From Eledone cirrhosa (taxonomy: Eukaryota): 64,000 nt of DNA. Location: assembly GCA_964016885.1 (NCBI GenBank), contig OZ024743.1, forward strand, positions 175,274,001 to 175,338,000, written 5' to 3'. Made by a program: the position numbers and the translations under genes. This document shows, one piece after another, positions 26,798 to 37,029 of this stretch (the first letter of the stretch is position 1; the number at the start of each line of letters is the position of its first letter). The notes under the pieces are model-generated. The model did no database searches. It saw only the letters and a list, made by a program, of their open reading frames with translations, and was not told the DNA's origin.

Positions 26798-28603
26798 ATG
26801 GCCGAAGCTTCTTCACCAAAATTCGAAGGAGGAAAGAGGAGATGAACTTACAGCTTTCCCCTGCCACTGTCACAGTAGCAGAGGTCAAGAAGAAAGGTCA
26901 GCCAGAGGAAGAATTCTCTCCACCTGCTAACCGACAACTTGACGTTGCCATGGCAACAACCCAAAGAACCAGCAGCAACAGCAACAACAACAACAATGCG
27001 ACGGACGAAAACAACACCGATAACAATAACAATAACAATAACAACAACAACAAGACCAATAACGGTGACAACAACAACAATGATAACAACAACACCACCA
27101 ACGACAACAACAACACAAACAAACAAAATTTCTCCTTCGCCGAGACGACAAGGAAAACCCTCGACTATCTGCCTGTAGATATAACAAAAGCGAAGGAGCT
27201 ACTGGCGGATGCGAAAAAATATATAGTGTACGGAGAAAATGGTTCATTCACAATCCATTCCCCCCCCCCCCCCCCGGAACTAAAAAGCCAGAGACTCCTA
27301 AACACGGTCATGTTTAGGACAATCTCGAACAAAAGTAAAAAACCAGCTCAACCATCACAGAGCGAGATAGAGCTGGTTTTAAAAGACGTCATGAAGGACA
27401 TCACCTTCATTCAGAAGGATAGACTCTACGGGAGTCTATCCATTCTCATGAAGGACAGGGACACAGCAGTGAAACTGTCCATCAAACCAATCACATCGAC
27501 CGCATACACCTTCTACCCTACGTACATGGGTAGAAGAACACAAAAATAAAAATCCACACCATCCTGCCGATTATGGACATATGGTGGGTTTGACAGGTTT
27601 CCTGGACCTGGAGGATGACATGCTGGTGTCCATGGGAAAGGCATCGGGTGACGCGTTCAGTGGAACGAGCCTCGAACTTGTAGTTCAAATGAGGCCCGAA
27701 AGGATCGCCCAGATCCCTGAACGCGTCATACTGGATGATCTAACCTTCATCAACATTACCGTTGAGGGTAGGCGGCCCTCGTGTTACCTCTGCGGAACCA
27801 GAGGTCACCTGAGGGCTGTCTGTCCCCAACTTAATAAGAAAACCCCAATCCTGCCTACACCACCAACAACTGCACAACCAACACAATCACCACAACTACC
27901 ACTACAAAAACAACCACCACAGCTCAAACCAAAACAAAACAATGTCCAACCCATCCCCTCCACTCAAAAAACAAAAACAATTTCCAAAACACCCGTACCG
28001 CAAACACAACCCGAAAATATACCCCTCCCCTCCAACGCGGAAGATGACCCTAGTTCGTCGTCAGACGAGGAGGAGCACTTCCACACAATCAAAAGAAAAA
28101 AAAGAAAACACACCTCAGACACACAAATGAAAAAAAACCCTCCCCAAAACATAACACTGACACCAACACAAAAGAGCTCACAACAACAGCAAACAAAAGA
28201 CACCACACAAAAACAAAAACATGCATACACATACATAAACACAAGAAACAAAAAACTGTTAAACATTGTGTACAACAACAATCTAATAAAAACACAAGGG
28301 CCTAACTTCACCCAGGCAGGGGATTTCCCCCACCTCAAAATGATTAAGGCCCCACAGGACACCTATAAAACTTTAAAAAACAATTTTAAAGAGGACGTGG
28401 GTCTCCCCTGCGTCGGGCCCATTAACCGCGTCCTCCTAAAAAACTATCCCACCCCCTCCCCAAACACCCACACAACTCCAAGCTCCCCAACCACACAACA
28501 CACTGATGCCCCCACACTTCCACAAACCACCACCCCACCCAACAACCCATCCCCCACCCTAATGGAAATTGTGCAGCCCGATACCCGGGACGCAGAGAGG
28601 TAA
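26798..28603 (+). pseudogene. Tx1 ORF1, frameshifted near 26840 and 27545
   Basis: Asn-rich N-terminus; EGRRPSCYLCGTRGHLRAVC knuckle; Pro/Thr/Lys-rich tail. Confidence 0.85.
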
Positions 28604-28627
28604 GTGCCTTTTCTCTTCACCACCAAC

Positions 28628-31600
28628 ATGGCTATGCTAAGAGTAGGCTGTTTAAATGCGCGTGGCCTGGGCTCAACTTGGAAGCAAGCAATGCTTCTAA
28701 ATGACCTCAGGTCACAACGTATAGATGTGATGGTTATTTGCGAGGCCCCCCGGATCAGCAACGTGCGACAGCTGGCCCCCACCTTTGATGACTTTGAGAT
28801 GCACGCATCTCTCTGTCAGCCCGGAGGTGGGGGTGGAGTTGTCGTTCTGCTGCAAAAACATCTGGGTCTCGCAACACAGATGGTACATTTGGACCCGGAG
28901 GGTCGACTAGTGGTTCTGGACCTTGGCAGTGGTAAAGGCGGAGCGTTTAGGTTGGTAGCCGCCTACGGCCCTTTCGGGTCAATGCGGCCGGACTATTTCC
29001 ATCGTCTGGAGACTTTTCTAGGGACGCCCCGCTCCTGGCTATTAGTGGGGGACTGGAATGGTATCCTAGATGCACGCTGGGACTACGTAGGGGCCTGCCC
29101 CGATAGAGAGGGGTGTAATAGCCTCAAAGGGTTAATCGGTCGATTTGACCTGGCCGATAGATATCGACTAGATTTTCCGACTGCGCCAACCTGGACTTGG
29201 GCAAATCGTAGCGGATCATCTAGGTCGTACCTAGATAGGTTCTTAGTTAGAATTAAGGATAAGGACTTTTTAAGTTGTCCAAAAATGCGCATGGTTGGCT
29301 ATTCAGACCACAAATTAGTGACCTGCATGGTCAACCTTGACAGAACTCATAGACAGGGCCCCGGTTACTGGAAGCTCAACTTGTCCTTGCCGGCAAGTAG
29401 AGCCTACAGGAATCGGATTAGTACGTTAGTTAAGGAACGGTTGACTGGAGCGATCGTCAACAGCAGGTGGTGGGTATCTCTAAAGAGAGAGATTAGAGTA
29501 GTCTCGATAGAATTTAGTAAGGTTCTAGCTGCGGATAGGAATAGGAAGGAAAGGGAGCTAATAGATAGAGTAGAAGAGGCAATTAGAAGCGGCGACGTGG
29601 CCAGAGTGCTAGCGTCGAGAACGGCTTTGAGCCAGTTTTTCGACGCGAAGCACGAAGGCTGCGTTGTCCGAAGTAAAATACGTGCTCTAGGGAACGAGGG
29701 GACCAAAGCTGTTAGCTGGGCCCGCGTGACAGAGGCCAACAGTGGAACTAAATCCACCATCCGGTCTTTGCGAGACCTGGATGGACGGGCGATTCTTGAG
29801 CCTAAGCAGATGTGTGAGGCCTTTCAAAGGCACTTTGCCCGACTGTTCGGGAGGGGCGGGAGGCCGGTTGGGAACGTGGACTTCGGTCCATACCTCGCCG
29901 GCCTGCCGCGCCTCTCGGACAGGGAGGCGAAGTCCTGCGAGGAGCCGATTTCGGCCGCTGAGATAGAGGACGTGCTGAGCCAATGCGGCAAACGCAAATC
30001 CCCGGGTCTCGATGGTCTTCCTTACGAATTATATCTAGCTATGCCGGACTTGTTCCCCGATCTCCTCGAGGCGGTCTACTGCAACTGGCAACAGAACGGG
30101 AGAATTCCCTGTACTGTGACCAAGGGCGTAGTCACGCTAGTGAGGAAGGACGAGAACAAGGGGGACGAAATAAGTAACTTCAGGCCCATAACTCTGCTAA
30201 ATACAGAGTTACAGATTTTGGCCAAGGTGTTAGCAAAGAGGTTGGCGCTTGTCGTGGGCAACCTGGTGGGAGATGCGCAGACATGCGCTATCCCGTCCAG
30301 GTCCATCCATGACAACCTCCACCTCATGCGATACATCATAGAGAGGGTTGGGAACGAACCCGGCTTTGGTGGGGCTCTGATCAACTTGGATCAATCTAAG
30401 GCGATCGATAGGGTCGACCATGGTTACCTGGATGCGGTGCTAGCGGCGGCAGGCTTCGGACCCGTTTTCAGGGGCTGGATCACTGCGATGCACAGCAGCC
30501 GCATCTGCTCTAGGGTCAAGGTGAACGGCTACCTCTCGGAGCCGTTCAAAATCGCGCGGTCCATCCGACAAGGGTGCCCTCTCTCCTCCCTTCTGTATGT
30601 GTTGACTCTCGAGCCACTACTGCGGAAGTTGGAGTTGTTGCAGGGCATCCCTTTGGAACCGGGATTGCGGAAAGCGGTGTCGGCCTACGCCGATGACGTG
30701 ACAGTAATGGTGTCGACGGCCTCCGAAATCGAGGCGGTCGGCACCTTACTGGAGGAGTACGAAAAGTTCACAGGGGCTAAGCTGAACCGGGACAAGTCGA
30801 TCGGTTTGCAACTCGGCACGTGGAGGGGCAGACCGATGCCCTCCGATGGCGTCGTCGGACGGTGGACGGAGGGCCCGGTGAAGTTGCTCAGGGTCTGGTT
30901 CGGACCGGACCTCCAGGTGGAGAAAAACTGGGCGGAGGTTACGAACAGGGTGTTTGCACTGACCCAGAAGTGGGCCAATTGCAAACTATCCCTGAAAGGT
31001 CGGGCGGAGGTGGCGAACACCTACATAGCGTCCGTCATCTACTACCGCCTGACCGTAGTGCCCTGCCCAAGGGAAACGCTCACCAAGATGGAGCGCGCGC
31101 TCTTCCAATTCCTTTGGAAGAGGCGGGCTCCTATGGTGAGGAGATCCATCTGCTGTCAACACCCTTCGAAAGGAGGGCTGGGGATGCCGTGGCTAATGAT
31201 GCGTAAACACGCATTAAGGCTACGGCACCTCTACGTATTCCTCACCGGACAACCGGTGTGGGCCTCGTTTGTGAGACGAACCTTTCCCAGACTCGTCTCA
31301 CTCACCGAGCTGCAATCCTGGGTCAAGCAAAGACCGAGAAAACTGGGCGCCTGGCACACTGAGTGTGCCCAGGCGCTCACCGCCCTCTGGCAGGCGGATC
31401 CGGTTATCAGTGGAGACTCCACCGCAACATTCTATAGAGGGCTGGTACGCAGCAGGTGCGACGACGCCCTCGGAGAAGCCCTAGACATGGAGGAGGACGA
31501 ACTGGCCAGCCTGTTCGGTAGGACATTCAGCCCGGGACCTATGGACAACTTCCAGAAGTCCCTGGCCTGGCAGTGCTACCGAGGAGCTTTACCCGTTCGA

Positions 31601-32068
31601 GAAAGGCTCTACAGACACGGGCGCCCGGGTAGGGACCCCGCCAAAAAGATCTGTCCCAGATGCGTGTGCGACGAGGAAACCGTTGCACACGCATTGGTAC
31701 ACTGCTCGGGCGTAGCCGATCTGTGGGGCTATGTCGAACAACTGCTGTCAAGGGTGGGACCGATCCGGTTGACCACCGAGTCTATTGTAATGATCAAGCC
31801 GCCTCCCCCCTTCAAAGATGAAGCAGAGGCGGTGTTTCTGTGCGTAATAGCCATGGCGAAAGAGGTTGTATGGTCGACGCGTCTGAAAGGACTGAGGTCA
31901 GGCACCTTTCTCTCTGGCCAACAACTGGTCCGTTTCTTCCGATATCATTTCGGAAGAAGGATCAGGATGGAGAGAGAGGTGCTGCACCCCAGTCGTTTTT
32001 ATGAAAGGTGGGTGAAAGTGGCGAGAATGGCCCGTGTGAATGGGCCTTCTCTTTACATGAGCCTGTAG
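28628..32068 (+). CDS. Tx1 ORF2: APE endonuclease, reverse transcriptase, CCHC finger (1146 aa, open)
   Basis: LNARGL, GDWN, SYLDRF, SDHK (APE); PGLDG, NFRPITLLN, LDQSKAID, RQGCPLS, AYADD (RT); CPRCVCDEETVAHALVHC. Confidence 0.95.
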   Translation: MAMLRVGCLNARGLGSTWKQAMLLNDLRSQRIDVMVICEAPRISNVRQLAPTFDDFEMHASLCQPGGGGGVVVLLQKHLGLATQMVHLDPEGRLVVLDLGSGKGGAFRLVAAYGPFGSMRPDYFHRLETFLGTPRSWLLVGDWNGILDARWDYVGACPDREGCNSLKGLIGRFDLADRYRLDFPTAPTWTWANRSGSSRSYLDRFLVRIKDKDFLSCPKMRMVGYSDHKLVTCMVNLDRTHRQGPGYWKLNLSLPASRAYRNRISTLVKERLTGAIVNSRWWVSLKREIRVVSIEFSKVLAADRNRKERELIDRVEEAIRSGDVARVLASRTALSQFFDAKHEGCVVRSKIRALGNEGTKAVSWARVTEANSGTKSTIRSLRDLDGRAILEPKQMCEAFQRHFARLFGRGGRPVGNVDFGPYLAGLPRLSDREAKSCEEPISAAEIEDVLSQCGKRKSPGLDGLPYELYLAMPDLFPDLLEAVYCNWQQNGRIPCTVTKGVVTLVRKDENKGDEISNFRPITLLNTELQILAKVLAKRLALVVGNLVGDAQTCAIPSRSIHDNLHLMRYIIERVGNEPGFGGALINLDQSKAIDRVDHGYLDAVLAAAGFGPVFRGWITAMHSSRICSRVKVNGYLSEPFKIARSIRQGCPLSSLLYVLTLEPLLRKLELLQGIPLEPGLRKAVSAYADDVTVMVSTASEIEAVGTLLEEYEKFTGAKLNRDKSIGLQLGTWRGRPMPSDGVVGRWTEGPVKLLRVWFGPDLQVEKNWAEVTNRVFALTQKWANCKLSLKGRAEVANTYIASVIYYRLTVVPCPRETLTKMERALFQFLWKRRAPMVRRSICCQHPSKGGLGMPWLMMRKHALRLRHLYVFLTGQPVWASFVRRTFPRLVSLTELQSWVKQRPRKLGAWHTECAQALTALWQADPVISGDSTATFYRGLVRSRCDDALGEALDMEEDELASLFGRTFSPGPMDNFQKSLAWQCYRGALPVRERLYRHGRPGRDPAKKICPRCVCDEETVAHALVHCSGVADLWGYVEQLLSRVGPIRLTTESIVMIKPPPPFKDEAEAVFLCVIAMAKEVVWSTRLKGLRSGTFLSGQQLVRFFRYHFGRRIRMEREVLHPSRFYERWVKVARMARVNGPSLYMSL

Positions 32069-32388
32069 GTGGAAAAGAGGAAGGAACGAGGGAGCACCCC
32101 CTCTCTGGGCTCCTGAGGAAAAGGGTTGCACACTTTTTTCGGGGGTGTGTGCGACCCCCCCAAGGCGCCTCCTCTCTATTGAGGATTTTGTTATAAATTT
32201 TATTTTTTGTTATATTTTATAACAAAATCCTCTATTGAGGATTTTGTTATAATTCTATTTTTTGTTATATTTTATTTTATTTTTATATATTGTTATTGCC
32301 TCCTCCCTATTGAGGACGCATTGTTTTGTAAACTCCCCCCTTTGTATTTGTCCCCTTCTTTTGTGCCCCTGTGGCTAATAAAGAAATA

Positions 32389-32448
<60 letters not shown>

Positions 32449-32451
<3 letters not shown>

Positions 32452-35400
32452 TACCGTTGAGGGTAGACGGCCCTCGTGTTACCTCTGCGGAACCAGAGGT
32501 CACCTGAGGGCTGTCTGTCCCCAACTTAATAAGAAAACCCCAATCCTGCCTACACCACCAACAACTGCACAACCACCACAACTACCACTACAAAAACAAC
32601 CACCACAGCTCAAACCAAAACAAAACAATGTCCAACCCATCCCCTCCACTCAAAAAACAAAAACAATTTCCAAAACACCCGTACCGCAAACACAACCCGA
32701 AAATATACCCCTCCCCTCCAACGCGGAAGATGACCCTAGTTCGTCGTCAGACGAGGAGGAGCACTTCCACACAATCAAAAGAAAAAAAAGAAAACACACC
32801 TCAGACACACAAATGAAAAAAACCCCTCCCCAAAACATAACACTGACACCAACACAAAAGAGCTCACAACAGCAAACAAAAAACACCACACAAAAACAAA
32901 AACATGCATACACATACATAAATACAAGAAACAAAAAACTGTTAAACATTGTGTACAACAACAATCTAATAAAAACACAAGGGCCTAACTTCACCCAGGC
33001 AGGGGATTTCCCCCACCTCAAAATGATTAAGGCCCCACAGGACACCTATAAAACTTTAAAAAACAATTTTAAAGAGGACGTGGGTCTCCCCTGCGTCGGG
33101 CCCATTAACCGCGTCCTCCTAAAAAACTATCCCACCCCCTCCCCAAACACCCTCACAACTCCAAGCTCCCCAACCACACAACACACTGATGCCCCCACAC
33201 TTCCACAAACCACCACCCCACCCAACAACCCATCCCCCACCCTAATGGAAATTGTGCAGCCCGATACCCGGGACGCAGAGAGGTAAGTGCCTTTTCTCTT
33301 CACCACCAACATGGCTATGCTAAGAGTAGGCTGTTTAAATGCGCGTGGCCTGGGCTCAACTTGGAAGCAAGCAATGCTTCTAAATGACCTCAGGTCACAA
33401 CGTATAGATGTGATGGTTATTTGCGAGGCCCGGATCAGCAACGTGCGACAGCTGGCCCCCACCTTTGATGACTTTGAGATGCACGCATCTCTCTGTCAAC
33501 CCGGAGGTGGGGGTGGAGTTGTCGTTCTGCTGCAAAAACATCTGGGTCTCGCAACACAGATGGTACATTTGGACCCGAAGGGTCGACTAGTGGTTCTGGA
33601 CCTTGGCAGCGGTAAAGGCGGAGCGTTTAGGTTGGTAGCCGCCTACGGCCCTTTCGGGTCAATGCGGCCGGACTTCTTCCATCGTCTGGAGACTTTTCTA
33701 GGGACGTCCCGCTCCTTGCTATTAGTGGGGGACTGGAATGGTATCCTAGATGCACGCTGGGACTACGTAGGGGCCTGCCCCGATAGAGAGGGGTGTAATA
33801 GCCTCAAAGGGATAATCGGTCGATTTGACCTGGCCGATAGATATCGACTAGATTTTCCGACTGCGCCAACCTGGACTTGGGCAAATCGTAGCGGATCATC
33901 TAGGTCGTACCTAGATAGGTTCTTAGTTAGAATTAAGGATAAGGACTTTTTAAGTTGTCCAAAAATGCGCATTGTTGGCTATTCAGACCACAAATTAGTG
34001 ACCTGCATGGTCAACCTTGACAGAACTCATAGACAGGGCCCCGGTTACTGGAAGCTCAACTTGTCCTTGCCGGCAAGTAGAGCCTACAGGAATCGGATTA
34101 GTACGTTAGTTAAGGAACGGTTGACTGGAGCGATCGTCAACAGCAGGTGGTGGGTATCTCTAAAGAGAGAGATTAGAGTAGTCTCGATAGAATTTAGTAA
34201 GGTTCTAGCTGCGGATAGGAATAGGAAGGAAAGGGAGCTAATAGATAGAGTAGAAGAGGCAATTAGAAGCGGCGACGTGGCCAGAGTGCTAGCGTCGAGA
34301 ACGGCTTTGAGCCAGTTTTTCGACGCGAAGCACGAAGGCTGCGTTGTCCGAAGTAAAATACGTGCTCTAGGGAACGAGGGGACCAAAGCTGTTAGCTGGG
34401 CCCGCGTGACAGAGGCCAACAGTGGAACTAAATCCACCATCCGGTCTTTGCGAGACCTGGATGGACGGGCGATTCTTGAGCCTAAGCAGATGTGTGAGGC
34501 CTTTCAAAGGCACTTTGCCCGACTGTTCGGGAGGGGCGGTGAGCCGGTTGGGAACGTGGACTTCGGTCCATACCTCGACGGCCTGCCGCGCCTCTCGGAC
34601 AGGGAGGCGAAGTCCTGCGAGGAGCCGATTTCGGCCGCTGAGATAGAGGACGTGCTGAGCCAATGCGGCAAACGCAAATCCCCGGGTCTCGATGGTCTTC
34701 CTTACGAATTATATCTAGCTATGCCGGACTTGTTCCCCGATCTCCTCGAGGCGGTCTACTGCAACTGGCAACAGAACGGGAGAATTCCCTGTACTGTGAC
34801 CAAGGGCGTAGTCACGCTAGTGAGGAAGGACGAGAACAAGGGGGACGAAATAAGTAACTTCAGGCCCATAACACTGCTAAATACAGAGTTACAGATTTTG
34901 GCCAAGGTGCTAGCAAAGAGGTTGGCGCTTGTCGTGGGCAACCTGGTGGGAGATGCGCAGACATGCGCTATCCCGTCCAGGTCCATCCATGACAACCTCC
35001 ACCTCATGCGATACATCATAGAGAGGGTTGGGAACGAACCCGGCTTTGGTGGGGCTCTGATCAACTTGGATCAATCTAAGGCGTTCGATAGGGTCGACCA
35101 TGGTTACCTGGATGCGGTGCTAGTGGCGGCAGGCTTCGGACCCGTTTTCAGGGGCTGGATCACTGCGATGCACAGCAGCCGCATCTGCTCTAGGGTCAAG
35201 GTGAACGGCTACCTCTCGGAGCCGTTCAAAATCGCGCGGTCCATCCGACAAGGGTGCCCTCTCTCCTCCCTTCTGTATGTGTTGACTCTCGAGCCACTAC
35301 TGCGGAAGTTGGAGTTGTTGCAGGGCATCCCTTTGGAACCGGGATTGCGGAAAGCGGTGCGGCCTACGCCGATGACGTGACAGTAATGGTGTCGACGGCC

Positions 35401-37010
35401 TCCGAAATCGAGGCGGTCGGCACCTTACTGGAGGAGTACGAAAAGTTCACAGGGGCTAAGCTGAACCGGGACAAGTCGATCGGTTTGCAACTCGGCACGT
35501 GGAGGGGCAGACCGATGCCCTCCGATGGCGTCGTCGGACGCTGGACGGAGGGCCCGGTGAAGTTGCTCGGGGTCTGGTTCGGACCGGACCTCCAGGTGGA
35601 GAAAAACTGGGCGGAGGTTACGAACAGGGTGTTTGCACTGACCCAGAAGTGGGTCAGTTGCAAACTATCCCTGAAAGGTCGGGTGGAGGTGGCGAACACC
35701 TACATAGCGTCCGTCATCTACTACCGCCTGACCGTAGTGCCCTGCCCAAGGGAAACGCTCACCAAGATGGAGCGCGCGCTCTTCCAATTCCTTTGGAAGA
35801 GGCGGGCTCCTATGGTGAGGAGATCCATCTGCTGTCAACACCCTTCGAAAGGAGGGCTGGGGATGCCGTGGCTAATGATGCGTAAACACGCATTAAGGCT
35901 ACGGCACCTCTACGTATTCCTCACCGGACAACCGGTGTGGGCCTCGTTTGTGAGACGAACCTTTCCCAGACTCGTCTCACTCACCGAGCTGCAATCCTGG
36001 GTCAAGCAAAGACCGAGAAAACTGGGCGCCTGGCACACTGAGTGTGCCCAGGCGCTCACCGCCCTCTGGCAGGCGGATCCGGTTATCAGTGGAGACTCCA
36101 CCGCAACATTCTATAGAGGGCTGGTACGCAGCAGGTGCGACGACGCCCTCGGAGAAGCCCTAGACATGGAGGAGGACGAACTGGCCAGCCTGTTCGGTAG
36201 GACATTCAGCCCGGGACCTATGGACAACTTCCAGAAGTCCCTGGCCTGGCAGTGCTACCGAGGGGCTTTACCCGTTCGAGAAAGGCTCTACAGACACGGG
36301 CGCCCGGGTAGGGACCCCGCCAAAAAGATCTGTCCCAGATGCGTGTGCGACGAGGAAACCGTTGCACACGCATTAGTACACTGCTCGGGCGTAGCCGATC
36401 TGTGGGGCTATGTCGATCAACTGCTGTCAAGGGTGGGACCGATCCGGTTGACCACCGAGTCTATTGTAATGATCAAGCCGCCTGCCCCCTTCAAAGATGA
36501 AGCAGAGGCGGTGTTTCTGTGCGTAATAGCCATGGCGAAAGAGGTTGTATGGTGGACGCGTCTGAAAGGACTGAGGTCGGGCACCTTTCTCTCTGGCCAA
36601 CAACTGGTCCGTTTCTTCCGATATCATTTCGGAAGAAGGATCAGGATGGAGAGAGAGGTGCTGCACCCCAGCCGTTTCTATGAAAGATGGGTGAAAGTGG
36701 CGAGAATGGCCCGTGTGAATGGGCCTTCACTCTACATCAGACTATAGGTGAGGAAGATGAAAGACCAAGGGAGCACCCCTTCTCTGTGCTCCTGAGGAGA
36801 AGGGTTGCACACCTTTTTCGGGGGTGTGTGCGACCCCCCAAGGCGCCTCCTCTCTATTGAGGATTTTGTTAAAAATTTATTTTTTGTTATATCTTATTTT
36901 ATTTTTATATTTTGTTATTGCCTCCTCCTTATTGAGGACGCCTTTTTGTGTAAACTCCCCCCTTTGTACTTGTCCCACTTTTGATGCCCTAGTGGCAAAT
37001 AAAAGAAATA
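32449..37010 (+). mobile_element. Tx1-like retrotransposon copy B2, 5'-truncated in ORF1; ORF2 (33311-36747) with a 1-nt frameshift at about 35359
   Basis: near-identical to B1; starts at ITVEGRRPSC directly after (TATC)n; ends GTGGCAAATAAAAGAAATA then (TATC)n. Confidence 0.95.
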
Positions 37011-37029
37011 TATCTATCTATCTATCTCT

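Larger units (their letters stand above)
26792..32388 (+). mobile_element. Tx1-like retrotransposon copy B1, near-complete (5' UTR missing)
   Basis: ORF1 plus ORF2; 3' end CCCCTGTGGCTAATAAAGAAATA then (TATC)n. Confidence 0.96.

Noticed and set aside
28601-28630. ORF1-ORF2 stop-codon readthrough, since ORF2 is in frame after TAA in B1 and B2
   Set aside because: Not in frame in B3 (40-nt spacer), and the A1 ORF1 tail stops at 1405, so it is not a general feature.
29083-31751. Conserved antisense and alternate-frame ORFs in Tx1 ORF2
   Set aside because: They recur only because the copies are homologous and GC-rich; no recognisable motifs.
26792-37010. B1 and B2 as an assembly or segmental tandem duplication
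   Set aside because: B2 is 5'-truncated at a TATC junction and the 3' UTRs differ clearly, which fits independent insertions.
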